Origin: Kudoa neothunni
Lineage: Eukaryota; Animalia; Cnidaria
NCBI GenBank assembly: GCA_964304625.1
Contig: OZ199840.1
Location: 5,135,200 to 5,199,199, forward strand
Direction: 5' to 3'
Length of the DNA stretch: 64,000 bases
Translations under genes and position numbers: made by a program
Notes under the pieces: generated by a model
What the model saw: only the letters and a program-made list of their open reading frames with translations
What the model was told of the DNA's origin: nothing
Databases searched by the model: none
Shown: positions 28,430 to 41,779 of the stretch, one piece after another
How the letters are laid out: every line of letters starts with the position of its first letter
How positions within the stretch are numbered: the stretch's first letter is position 1

Positions 28430-30716
28430 CATATTTTGGGTTTTCGTTCCCTATCCGACCCCTCATTATTGTCTCTCTAAGAATTTTAATTCCTCGTCAA
28501 TTATTATTATATCATATAGCATGTATTAATTAATTTTAAAATTACATGTCAATTATGAATTTACATCTTTGAGATTATGTACTATACATTAATTATGATA
28601 TACTGATGTGGTAATAGAACAGCAATTTCGTAGAAATAACAAATTTAAAATTCTCAAGCTAAATTATAATTCAAGAAGGCTAGCTAAATAATATTTTTTC
28701 AAAATAGGTCAAACCGTTAAAGGGGTCAAGAAATATAAGCAATATAGTATAACGTCGAAAAGGGAACGAAATCCCATCGACATGCTAAATTCCAATTAAT
28801 CATTTACATGACCTAGTGCTTACAACTTCACATCATCATGTGGAAACATAATTGATTCTGATGGCAGTAATGAAAAAAATGTTGATATTTAAACACAGTT
28901 GAGTTTTTTTACGTTACCTCGACTGTTTGAGATATTGGTATTTTGAGTGATGAAGAAGACCTCTTTGTTTCAAGAGCTTATGACAACTGCCATCGGGACC
29001 GTCCAGAAATATGCGGTGAAGTAGATTTTTTTTAGATATTAATAATGAACCATTAATTATAAGTGTTTTACCATGTAATGTAAAATATTCTATTCTAAAA
29101 ACTTATTTGTAATTGCCGAACAGATACTTGATATAAATATGGCATTATGTATGATGGCTCAACAAGTAGGTATGAATCCTAGGAGGAATTGTAAAAATTT
29201 TTCGATGAAATTCACGTTTTAAATATTTTTAAAGAAACAACATCTTTGCTAAACAAATAATTAAATTTAAATTTTTCATCGGTATTTTATTATTATCCAG
29301 ATACTATCGACTAACTCGGCAGCATTTGCATGGAGAAACATCGATGGATTGTGCCTGGTGTTGAAATTGTATCAAAATTCATGAACTATAAAATATTCTA
29401 ATTGATAAAAAGGGTATATTCACTTTAATAATAATTTTGAGCTTGGTAAGGAAGATAAGCTGTTCAAGACGAGGTCAATAATTATTGGATTGTCTAAAAT
29501 ATCAATAAATTTCGATATTTACACATCTTATCTGTTGATCAACAAATACTCATGTATATTGGTCATCATTCGTGAAACATATATATGAAGGGAAAGCCCA
29601 AACGTTTCGGTTTAGCTTCTTCTTATGGGAATATTTATATTTTCAATGTATATACAGATAAGACAGAAATATACATCAAGAATTTTGGCCAAGGTGGAAG
29701 TATCATGCTAAATTTTTTCGACGAGCCAAACGATAGAATTATGTCGTGCTTACTTTTACAATTTTTTCAACTCATGCAAATTATTGGCTGAATTGAACAG
29801 AAATGTTAATGCTACCCGATCAGTAAGAATGAGCCGAATGTCAAGCTATTATACAATGGCACTTCCGACATTAATGATGAAACCCCATCAAGGCTACTAT
29901 GAATATTTCCATGATTATCGAATTGGAGTTAATTGTATTTAATGGAATGATACGGAGCTAGTTATTTTTCTTAGCATTTCATTATTGTTGAAAAAATTCT
30001 ACATATAACACGTTTTTGTAGGGCAAAAGAGCACAATATGTCGATAGAATAGACCCAAATTTCATATGTACAACAAGTATATGGATAAGGGTGGTGTGGA
30101 TAACGTAAACAATTTGGCTCTTGTTACAGTATGAGGAATCGCTCTGAAAATGATAATGACCTTATTTTAACGGCATGATATTGCTGACAGTAGATCGTTC
30201 TTGATGATTGCTTAATTTTATTTAAGGAAAGATAGTCTATTAAATCATATTGGATAAATTGTATCCCACTTGATAGTACAAATTGTTGTTTAAATTAATT
30301 CGACGATCGTCCATCATAAATATTCATTCTATGTCTCCATGTAGTCCATCTATGATGAGTACTAATTCTGCCAAAAAGGGGACGACGATGATTTGTATGC
30401 AATAAGACTCTCTACTTTTGTTAAAGCTGCCAGAATTATATTCAATCATAAAGTTTAATAGATTCTTATTATTAACAGTATTTTTCACTCTAATCGATGT
30501 ATAATCGTTTATTTTTCGCGCATTCTACGTCATAACGTTTAATTAGAAGATCGCATGTCGGTAGTTTTTCGTTCCCTTTTTGGCTCTTGAGAATTCTTAC
30601 ATTTTCCAATAAAAATATAATTTTTAATCAATAATAATTTAGATTCATTATTAAAATATTATTTTCAACTAATTTTTTAAATTTTTTGAAAATTTTAGTA
30701 TTGGAGCCGAAATGGG
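28430..30716 (+). mobile_element. Decayed piggyBac transposon (PGBD3-like motif wording)
   Basis: SVDQQILMYIGHHS*NIYMKGKPKRFG (~29530-29610, cf. SIDExMxPYxGRHxxKQxxxGKPxRFG), YNKYM..GGVD (~30067-30102); inverted subterminal repeats gtcgaaaagggaacgaaa..cgacatgc (28754) / gcatgtcg..ttcgttcccttt (30553); end ...aaatggg|ttag. Confidence 0.75.
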
Positions 30717-31321
30717 TTAGTTAATATTGGAATCAGAAGACTCATGTCGTGCGATCCAATGTCGGATGTTTGAATTGGTTTCCCTATAATAGAGCGCTCC
30801 ATAAATCTTACGAATAATAAACTTTTACAGTATCACAATTTTACACTTATGACTAAATCCAATCATTCTCAAAGTTTAAATATACATTAAAATTTCATTT
30901 ATTTTACTATATAAGAAAATAAGTTAATGAATTTTGTGTTTATCACATTATAAAATATAAGACTAAAAATATATTTATTGTAATAATCCCACAATGAAAA
31001 GAGGTTGGGTCCCGCGCTATCCCACTTCATTATTGGGCAGAAGTCCTCAAGACTACTACGATTATCAGTATTATCGCTATCGCTTCTATTGCTATTATAA
31101 TATAACTATAATCAAATAGATTTCTACATATATTATTATAAACATTGATAATTTCTTCTGGCAAATACATTTAATTCATTTAAATAGATTTAATTTATAT
31201 CTAGAGGTAAACAAAACGAATGTGTACAATATAATGGTTTTGTTTTGAAAAAAAATTGAATTTAAAAGGATTCAAACATATATTAGATATAATAATTAAT
31301 CCAGTCATATATTTTCGTTAA

Positions 31322-32326
31322 CTAGAACTCTACTTTTATTTTAATTATCAATTTTTCTTCATCTGATAAGGGTTTTTCGTCATATTTTATAGCTTTGGAA
31401 TTTTGATAGTTGTTAATTTTATTATACTCATCTAAATTAAAGTCATTATAATTTGAAAATTAAATTACATATATTTTTTAAAGAAGACATTTACGTTTGT
31501 CTTAATTTTTAATTTTAAAGAAATTATAAAAAAGGAAATATATTACGTGAAGGGCAAAAACTATCCTCAACACATCTGGATTTTGAATCGTTTAAACATT
31601 GTTGTTCTCTCTTAAATATTATATTATAATAATATTTTAGTAACGTATCACCTCATTTAATTTTATGCTTTGTTTATTATTTAATATTGAACTTTTCTTA
31701 GCAATGTTAATATTATTATATGATTCCGTTGTGCACTTTAAATAGAACAATTGCTAATGACAAGATTTCATTAGATTCAATATATATATATATATATATA
31801 TCCAGAAAATACCACACAAGGCATACAATAACCAGGTGAATATAGCTTTATGACTAAAAAATTTGTATAGTTCATATCATCAAATTAATAACTTAAATAA
31901 ATAAATAAATATACTTAAGTTTCCTTCACATTTAGAAAATCGTGAACATAAATCATTCGGTTCTGGAAAGTTATTTAAGAACTTTACTAGATCCAGTTTT
32001 GCTAATGCTATCTGTCTATCCTATAGAATGAGTTTCAATGAAAATTACACATTAATTATTATACCAGATTGTAGCTTGTTTTCATCGTAATATCTCTGTA
32101 AAAATCCTTATTATGTCCATCAGTTGCAGATGGCACTTAACTGTAGTTAAAAACTAAAACGTATTAATATCGAAACATATTTGAATTACTTGTTCATGTT
32201 TTAGTTGTGGGAGGGAAACTCAATGTTGCACTATCGAAGTAACTTAATACTAAATTATAGAAATAATTATAACCACCAATTAAAATCACCTAATATAACA
32301 TAATATTCGACCCACAATAAATACAT
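31322..32326 (-). pseudogene. Cys-rich saposin-like family, subfamily A, copy A6 (two frame disruptions: pseudogene or assembly error)
   Basis: MYLLWVEYYVIL..LKHEQ|FLTTVKCHLQLMDIIRI..|DRQIALAKLDLVKFLNNFPEPNDLCSRFSKCEGNL|IIKLYSPGYCMPCV|QLFYLKCTTESY...LNE|REQQCLNDSKSRCVEDSFCPS|...EEKLIIKIKVEF*. Frame breaks in exon 2 (~32220) and at an A/T run in exon 3 (~32100); downstream exons intact. Confidence 0.7.
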
Positions 32327-33708
32327 TTAAAAGTTATATTGATAGGTTAGTCATATAATTTTTAACCCTAGTATTAGTTGTTTTAACTAACTAATGGTGA
32401 TAATGATAAAATTATTTGTCGCTATAGTTATTATTAGCACAAATACAAAATTTGTTTGTATAATTTATATAGTGGTTCAATATTATCGGCACGATCAATA
32501 TTATTTATTATATTAACGCTTGTTATTGTGTAAATATGATAAAATAAAATTGTGTACAAAGACCTAAATTATTTTTTCATTTTTAAACTCACAGTTTGGA
32601 ATAATATTAACATATGAGTATTTGTAGATTTTTTATATATCACAGATATGTATTTTGTACAACTTTTCGTTATAGTTTTCATTTCAAGATATATTCTTAC
32701 GTGATGCATGTAAATATATTTACGTTTATAAACTATATTATTGCTGTTAAAATTCAGAGATTCTGAGCAGGGAAAAATCCATGTGTAAATTTTTATCTAA
32801 AAACATTTAAATTTTGTAATACATTATGTTTGTTTATAAAGAAATTACAAAATAAACATTGATTAAGTGAATTTTAATCCAATTTAAAAACTTTCATTTT
32901 TGATTGAGTTAAACATTTAAAATATTTCATAGAATGTAAAAATTCGTTCTATATGATTTAAATTTATATATATATTATTGATTATAAAATAAATTTAATG
33001 GGATATATTTTATTATATCAAGATTACATACACTTGAAGTCTTCAATAATGAATAATAAAAAAATCGACTATAAATTTGATGCTTTTTGAGTCAAATTGA
33101 CCCCAGAAACGCTCGGAAGATTAATAATCACATTAAGGCTCATGGCAAAAAAATGGCACATCACAGCCAAAAATTTGTGAAACTCTAAGATATTGCAATG
33201 CATTTTGAAATTTTGCAAAATATAATTGTGAAAAATTAAAATAACATTATCAATTTGAATTTTAGTAGCCGTATAGCATACTATTACCTAACGATATCGA
33301 TTAAAGTAACTACTCTTAAATCTAACTAGCTAGAGTATTTTTAATATAATTAATATCTCGTTTTTTATGAATAAATTTTCACTATCGTTATTTTAAAAAA
33401 GGTTAAACATCATATATTTATAATAACGAGTTATAACGAACGAAAATTAAATATTCGCGAAGCAGATTAGAGAGGATTAATTTGAGAATAATTGGTTATT
33501 TTACCAATGTTCTTTTCGAATATTTAACTCCTATTTAAGTCATATCTTGATAATAATTTTCTGCATATAATAAACAAAAAATTTTGGATTTCTTCTTGAC
33601 CATAAATCGCAATTATATGCGGTTATTTTTTCATCAGTCTAATAGTTTATAATAAAAAATTGACTAATTCTAAGAACAATCGGGATTACTTTTATACATT
33701 TTCATTAA

Positions 33709-34996
33709 CCCTCTAAGTATAATGTATAATTTGGGTCTTTTGGACCACAGACTATATAAGTTATAAATTTTCTACCATATTAACTTCCGAGAAATTTTTG
33801 ATAGCCAGTCTATATTTCTAAAATTTTCTGTATTAAAATTCTACAGATTAAAAAAAATTTTCATTTCGTAGAAAAAAAGTTAATGCAAAAGCACTCTCCA
33901 CGTAAAATTGAGATCCAAAAGACCCCACGATTTTTTTTCATCTAATAATCCAAAATACTTATTTAAATGTTTGGGATAACATTTAAATAAATTCTATTGA
34001 GCAAGTATACTTTTATTGCATGAATATCATATCGTGATCTTCATTGCACATGCGCCGAGATTAATTTAGTTGATGTTTAAAGTGGTGTTGATAGTAATTA
34101 AGAAGCTGATACTGAATCCGAAGATTCAGTATCAGCTTCGGTTCTTGATTATTTATCGTCAAAAAAATGTGATATTGATACAAATATACAATTTATCTCA
34201 TTAATGAACAAGAACAGAATGTTACGGTCTTTGAATCCACCGTTGGCATCTAGTTTCTAGAACATGTGTTGTAAATATTATGAGTAGTTAGTAGTAATCC
34301 TGGTGTTTTTCCGTTTTTATTACTAAATACAAATGATATTTTGAGGATAATATCTAATTCTGTTATGAACGCAATTATTTTAAAATATGTCAGTAAATGG
34401 GTGTAAAAATTTTTGGTGATATATGGATCGATTTGCATGAAATAGAATTGGATAGATTGATTGATTAGTTGTTTATTTCTGATGGCAATTCAAGAAGGGT
34501 AATCGATAAACAGTTAAAGAGATATTGGGTTAGAGGAAGAAGAAATGATGTTACGTGATTTATTCTCATTACATAAATTTCTCCAAATAATGCGATTTTT
34601 ACATTTTGATGATACGGAAATTTTTGTCATATTTGTGCGCCAAGACATATTTGAGTGGGTTTCTCACGCGTCGTTTCACCCTAATTAACATTTCTAGCGT
34701 ATCTATGTTACCTGTTTTATACAATAGTCTATGCGAGGATTATGATAAATTCGATCACATTAAGCAAAAATTAAATAAAGAATTAATTTTACTAAATGAG
34801 CTGATTTTTGAGTTTTGTTTAGAGAAAATGTGTCATCTCAAAAGAAATACATACGCATACGCTGTGGTTAAATAACTTTTTATCGTTCGCACATAATATT
34901 ACATATTATCGATCAAATATTTTATCTAATACATACGTGTGGTTGTTTGGATCCCAATTTTATTTGGAGAGTAAAATTTTCATGTGACTTAGAAGC
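33709..34996 (+). mobile_element. Internally deleted piggyBac remnant
   Basis: TTAA|ccctctaagta ... gacttagaagc|TTAA; FLQIMRFLHFDD (~34578-34613); palindromic gggtcttttggacc / gatccaaaagacccc subterminal motifs. Confidence 0.65.
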
Positions 34997-35851
34997 TTAA
35001 AGGGCTACATGGTTTTAATGTTTGTTATAAAGCATGCGTATTAATTGATAATTAATTCTCGTAATATTAAAATATATATTATAATTCCTTCTATAATATT
35101 TAATAGTAGTTAATATGTAAAATATCTGATCTATTATTTCTTCAAAAAAATTAATCAGATTTCTAAAATAAAAATAATTAATCATATTGGAGAATTACAC
35201 GTATATCACACCTTAACTTTATATTACAAGCGACAGATTTCATAAATTATATACCATATTTTAGAAAAGATTGAAAATAAAAATAAATTTATATGAGGAA
35301 TCACACGCTGATAAATACATTATTAAATAAGAAGTACATCTAGATAATTTTACTAAACATTTCAGGTTCAAATTTAACTCTGTATTGCTCCAAGTTCCCA
35401 AATAATCATCATACCATTCTGAAAATCATACAAGAATTTGAATTTTTATAATGATGTATAAAAAATAATATAAAGTTCATAATGAACTATTATGACACAA
35501 AATAATACAATTTCATTTTTGATTAAAATTACATTATTAAGATTAATAAAAAATATGTTATTTTCCAATTTTTTAAATTAAAAAAACTAAAAAAGAGCGT
35601 GAGAGTTAAATAATTATTGAATTGAAATTATTTAATTTAATTACTAATAATTAATGAATAATTAAAAAATAATAAATTAGGTTTAATCACCTTAGTTCAG
35701 TTTTAATTTTATTCTTAATTATCCGAAATTTTATACTATAAAATAATATGCAAAATAATCAATATTTATTTAATGAATACAATAATACAATCAAGTAAAA
35801 AAAGCAGAAAACAGTTATTAATTAAGGAAAAATTCCAAGTAGAGAAAGAAA

Positions 35852-38800
35852 TCACAGTTTACATTTAGGACAAATTTGCTGGTGGTTTGAATAGCAGGAT
35901 CTAAGCCGAAAAATTAAAACAAATAACAATAAATCAATAACATTCTTACATGTGTGACACAGTGTTACACAGTGAACAAGTATGAATATTATTCTCAAAT
36001 CTAAAAATGGGTGCGGAACTCAGACACACTAGACATGTATGTCCTCTTCCTTGGCAAAGCTGATTTATAAGTTATTGGATTCAACAATTCACAACTAATA
36101 CAAATAAACATTACAATACAATCCACTTTAATATGTTTATAAAAAAGAGTGATAATGTGGGATAGTTTATCTTCAAGGCTATTGTTGAGTAAATCCACAA
36201 TATTCCTGAGGGTGAAATTGGGTGGTGATTTAATCAAGTGATGGTATTGTTTAAGCTGGATAACAACAACAATTATCAAAACTAAAAATTACACTCAACA
36301 ATAATCGAATGTACCTGATTATAAAGTCCACATCTGTTGGCATAACGACAAATGGTAATATATTCAACCATATGAGAAAGTGTGAGATGTTTATTCTATT
36401 TTTAATGGAAAAACTCTATTCCAACAAATTTAAAGTACCATAAATTTTGAATAGTCAGGCATTATATTTTTGATATCAGGGACAACAGCAGGGAGAGTGA
36501 ATGTGCAATTTATATTATTGGAAATGGCGCGTAATAACAAATATGCATCCCTGCAAATCTACAGATACAAAATTTATTTCATATAAAATATATTTAAAAA
36601 AATTTATCGAATTAAAAGAATCTTACAGGATAATATTCACAATCACCATAGTTGATGAGTTTTGAAGGGATGAAATAAGTGTCTTTAAAGTGGCAAAACT
36701 TGCAATAATAGAAACCAGTATAATGGCAGAAAAGGTAGTCGACTCCCTTGTTGCTACTTCCAAAATAGTCTTTTCTTCCTAATGGTACAAAATTAGAAAA
36801 TAACTTCCAATACACAATTTCTAATTTCTACCCTTAAGCAGACGATTGCAGGTGAAACATCTGAATTTCTGTGAATTAAGGTCGTTACTAGGTTTAAATT
36901 CGATAAGATTAGCCTGATAAGTTTTGTCTAGCTATTAAAAATTTAAGCCGTATCAACATATTAATATAAAATACATTATAAACTTTATGAACGCATTCCC
37001 TCGCGTAATAACTAAGGCAATTTTTATGCAGACTAATATGGCAGCGAGAGCACATAAGATAATTTTTAATATTCCAAATGATGCCATGGCAGGATTCGCA
37101 TCGTTGAATGTTATCCAATTGGAATTTAGGAAAGCCAATGGTGGTACTAAACAAATGTCCAGATTTTTCAACTGGCTCATTTTGATGGATTCCGTTCTTT
37201 GATTTGATTATTTTGTGACGGCTTCTAAATTATAAAAACATTATTAGTTGAAAAAAAAAGACTATAGAACTATATTAATTAACCTCTTATTTGAGATTTC
37301 GCCCGATTCGTTGTCCTTCATAGCTAAAAGATTAAACCTGTGTTTAACCAATCGTTCAATGAGTTGACATTTTTGATCTTCGGTAAATAATTCACTCTCT
37401 TTCTTTAATATATGTTCGTAGATCCTGATAGTGAGCAGACTCTCTTCATTTTGGGTAAAGCCCATAAAATTCTACTCGAAATTCCCGATAATAAATAACT
37501 CAAAGATTCTCTGATTCAAAATACTTCGTGGTTGGTTAATAGATTTTGATTCACGCTCGCTGTAAATAGATCTTCAACGATACCATATTTGGTGAAAATT
37601 TTTTCAACAATGTTCTCACTGAATTCGTTCGCAGAATTTTCTTCACTGTACGCAGACGATCCGTCGCTGTATTCGCTGTTATCTTTGGTGGTGTTACTGA
37701 AGCAGGAAGAATCGTGCACAGTTGAGTCTATACCTTTAAATTTCACATATATTATATCATAATTTAATTTAATTTAATTTAATTCAATTCAATTATATTA
37801 TATTATTTAATATGAGTATATTAAACAATTACCTCCAATACTCCCCCTCTGTATTAATACCATTTTCACAGTTCTCTATCTTTTCTGAAAATTCTTCTTC
37901 ATCTAAACTCTTCAAATAAATTAACAAATACATCGAATAAAATTGATAAAACCTTATTCGCTGAAGAAATTTGGGAGGTGTTTGCTAGAAAAAGCTCAGA
38001 TTTAATCACCACTTCATAAATTACGTTGTGAGTTGGATACATCACCAGTGTGAGATATCATATTGGAGCTGACGGAGTTAATTTGAATGTTATTAACGCC
38101 AAGTAGATCAGCCAACGAATTGCTCCACTGAGACCTTAATCCAAAATACAATAGAATAATATATTACTAATAAAAAAATACATACAATACAGAGGTACCG
38201 TACATATCCAACAAATCCAGTTTAAATTCTTGAATGTTTGTTTCAAATAAGGTCTTTAGGTGAACAATTAGTTCTACATTTCTTACATGAGATTGTGGAA
38301 AATAAAATTTCCTATTCAAAAATTAAAAATAAATAATAAATAATATTAAATGATTAACGAACTTGATTTTTTGTTGATAATTAATGAGATTGTTGAATAT
38401 GTTTCCCATTTCATCACTCATCAAATTATATGCAATCCATTTGGTAATATAACGATCGAGTAGTTGGCTATTGTCACTATTATACATATATATATACACA
38501 GGAATTTTATATAATTGGATTATTCAAAGCATTATCTACCTGTAACAACAGAATTCGTTTATTTTATTATCCGTAAGTACAGATATTAATTTACTGGCAC
38601 TATGGTGATTCGGATCTACTCTATTACTAAACAGCGAGTTTATTAGAGCTAAATTATTCTCATGGAGGAATATAAACTTGTTTTTAGTTTTGTGGTAGAA
38701 TAGCATTTTAATCTGGCTAATTAGAGAAACAAAGGAATCCATTCGACTTAATTCGATTATCAAATTGGGGTCATTTTTCAATTCATTAATATTTATATAG

Positions 38801-39020
38801 AACTATAAAAATATAATATAAACACAATTGGCTAATTAAATATTATCTGCTAAAATAAATTAACAAAAAACAACCTTTGAAATCAGCAGTTCGAAATCGT
38901 TTACCATTCGTTTGGAAATGGAATTAGTTTTTGAACCATGGATGATAATTGATGGAATGGTTCGACTGAATATTTGGTCTATAGTTAGTAAGTCTTCAAT
39001 GTGGTGATATAAATGCTTGT
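35852..39020 (-). CDS. DEF8: DEF8-like protein (coiled segment, C1 domain, Rubicon-homology Zn domain) with an N-terminal RUN-like domain; multi-exon, 5' end uncertain
   Basis: QKCQLIERLVKHRFNLLAMKD (cf. DEF8 [20 protein letters not shown]); C1 RCESCHGIIW..YLMCSRCHISLHKNCL...EC; SQKFRCFTC; RH domain CHYTGFYYCKFCHFKDTYFIPSKLI..YPV; terminal ICPKCKL*. Upstream in-phase exons contain RUN-like SQIKMLFYHKTK, ITKWIAYNL and KFYFPQSHV. Confidence 0.75.
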
Positions 39021-40076
39021 GTAATCGAATAAAGAGTCACAGATATGTCAACTCACGACTCCAATTCAACGTTTATACAAAAGTAGATTACGCATGGATA
39101 ACCATTAAAATAGATTATAATTTAATAATATAATAAATATTAAATTGGTTATTGATCCGATAATTACCAGTTTTTATATTCAATGTATTAATGATTTAAA
39201 TTCAAAAAAACAATATTTCGTTCGAATAAATATTACACGGGTATTTGTGGGATGTCCAATAATGGATTGAATTTTCTTTATTGTTTTTTTCCTTTTCACC
39301 GACACACATGATGAGTATGATTTCATCGGACAATGATACCCAACAATATTTTTGAATCTAAATTAACTGTTTAAATCCTCCTGCGATAAATATTATCTTT
39401 TTTAATAAACCTCACAATATGTAAAATTGAAACTCCTACTGTGATGTGTGATACTTTGGCTGTTTGGTTTTGAAGTTGATTCGATTTGATTCATGTAGAT
39501 TCGGGAGAATCCATCATACTATACAGTAGATTATCCAACCGTATATTATAATCAATAAATTATTTTGCACTTTAATATAAAGTATAAAATCGTTTACACA
39601 GAAAATTATCAAATATTTTCATCCTTTAGCTTTGGTGAGATAAATATCACAATTAGGTTTTGTTTATTATTACTAATCGCTTATATAAAGGCGATTCAAA
39701 TATTTAACACCTATTTCGATTGTGAATTCTAAATATTTAATAATACCATAGAGATTCTGTTATATAATTAAGCTGGTAGATATTTGATTCACCTATTTTA
39801 ACATTGTTATTTAATTTTCTTACTATGACAACTTATAATAAAGCATAAATTAACACATTTCAACAATTTTCTACAATTAATCAGTATAATCCTGGCCTAA
39901 ATAAAGTAAATATACATTAAACTAAGTTAACAATTATTAGGAGAAATGACATGGTGATACTAATTAGTATATTATTATTATTATTATTATATAAATTGTA
40001 CTCATAGAAAATTAAAAACAAATATAAATAACCTATTATAATACAACAAAATAATATAAATATGTTTTATTAAATG

Positions 40077-40784
40077 CTAATTTTGTGGATTGATAATCGG
40101 TGTAGTGGTGGCTTCCAGTGGGCGAGTTATCACGGGTAAAACTGCGAATTTTCGAAGTTTATTATTCTTCCAGTGTTCATATTTTTGATACTCCTCAAAG
40201 AGTAGGTTGAAAATTATTTTTTCAGTGTTGTCCAGCCGTTGACAAATCGAATTCATACTGTTTTCGTTGTTGTTTTGAGCTTGGGTGATTATTGTTTTAA
40301 TGCGTTGATTCCATGTCTAAAAAAATAATATTAAAAATACAACCAATTAACAACAAAAATTCTTCGTCTGATTGATATATACCACTTCAATACAATCAAG
40401 AATCTCAATCGCTTGATTATCATTCTTAATAATCATATAACAAAATTTTTGGGCCAACAAATAAAAGTAGGGTCCGTATTTCTGGAGATTCAACACTTGA
40501 GCACCAGCCATATAAGCTTTTCGATATTTATCCTTGAGATAACGAGGAATCTCCATTTTTATATACACTTTCCTTTTGAACAGATCCCTGGCCAACCATA
40601 ATGGTAATTCTAATTTGGTACCAGCGGGGATGTGTTCGTACTTGGGTTGTTTTGTTGATTTCTTGTTCAACAAATAACCCATATTCAAAACTGTCACATT
40701 AAAATGGGATGTTATTGTGGAACACTCGGCCATTAGGTCATCCAAATCAAAATAATCTCCGTAGTTAATGACAGAATCGTACAT
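40077..40784 (-). CDS. GINS3: DNA replication complex GINS subunit Psf3 (2 exons)
   Basis: YFDLDDLMAE, GTKLELPLWLA, LNLQKYGPYFY are Psf3 hallmarks; exon 2 (40317-40077) TWNQRIKTII...RLDNTEKIIF...YEHWK. Confidence 0.92.
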
Positions 40785-41779
40785 TTCCTACAACAAACTT
40801 ATATTATTTGCGCTTGCGCCAAATATAACATTCATACTGTAACTTATATCTTAGATAATGTAGGTATTGATTTTGATTTATATTTTAATTTCGGTTCATA
40901 TTTGTTTTGATTTTTTCTAAAATTAAAATAAAATTAATGTCTTATTGTAGACTAAATAAATTGGGAATAATTTCGAATATAGATATCTAAATAACACAAA
41001 AAGTGCGCCAATATCTGAATTTTATCGTAATGCAATGTATATTTGCAATGCAGTAAATCTATTTAAACTAAAAATATTTAATTTTAAGTAAAATTTATTC
41101 CCCAATTCAGAACCGGTAATATATTGTTACGCCTGCGCGAAAAAGTTTACAAAAAATTGAGAAATCAACTAATGGATAGAAGTTAATGATTTTTATTATT
41201 TTTGAGTAATTTGTTCTGTGGCTATGGTAGTTTCAGAAATTTTTTCGGAGCTATATGTTGTTTATATAATGTCTAAATACAAAAATCTTCAATAGTAAAT
41301 CTCTGATTTTATGAATTAATGGGTGTTTTTACGTATTATCACCACTGAAATGTGTATTAAATTCAAAAACCATATATTCTATTGTGGTTATAATTAAGAA
41401 AAGAATTGTATGAGTCTTGTTATAATCGTGATATATTTTTTTTTATAATTAACATTTTTTTATATTTCATCCAGAGTTTGTTATATTTTAATCATTTGAG
41501 TCGTGTCTGTTAATTTGGAGATTATTATATTTTACTTGATTGTTAATAAATAGGTTAACGACCACATAATAGAAATATTGCTAGAGGGTTTCCTGATCAA
41601 TGTCGGCATTTTTGCAACCTATCTCTACAATTTGCAATTAAACACGGTACTTATGCTATCAAGATCTAGGTTTCAACGCGAATTGATTTTAAACAAATTT
41701 ATGTTACTCAAAATGAATCCTAATATGTACGATGTTTCAAGTGTCCCAGAGTGTATAGTTTCTAAGCGACTCAATTAGG

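Noticed and set aside
30995-31060. Short GC-rich island considered as an ncRNA
   Set aside because: No tRNA cloverleaf, snRNA or rRNA motif recognisable; more likely a repeat fragment.
36953-40601. Short ORFs 36953-37180, 36987-37202 and 40413-40601
   Set aside because: Alternate-frame or antisense shadows of DEF8-like and GINS3 exons.
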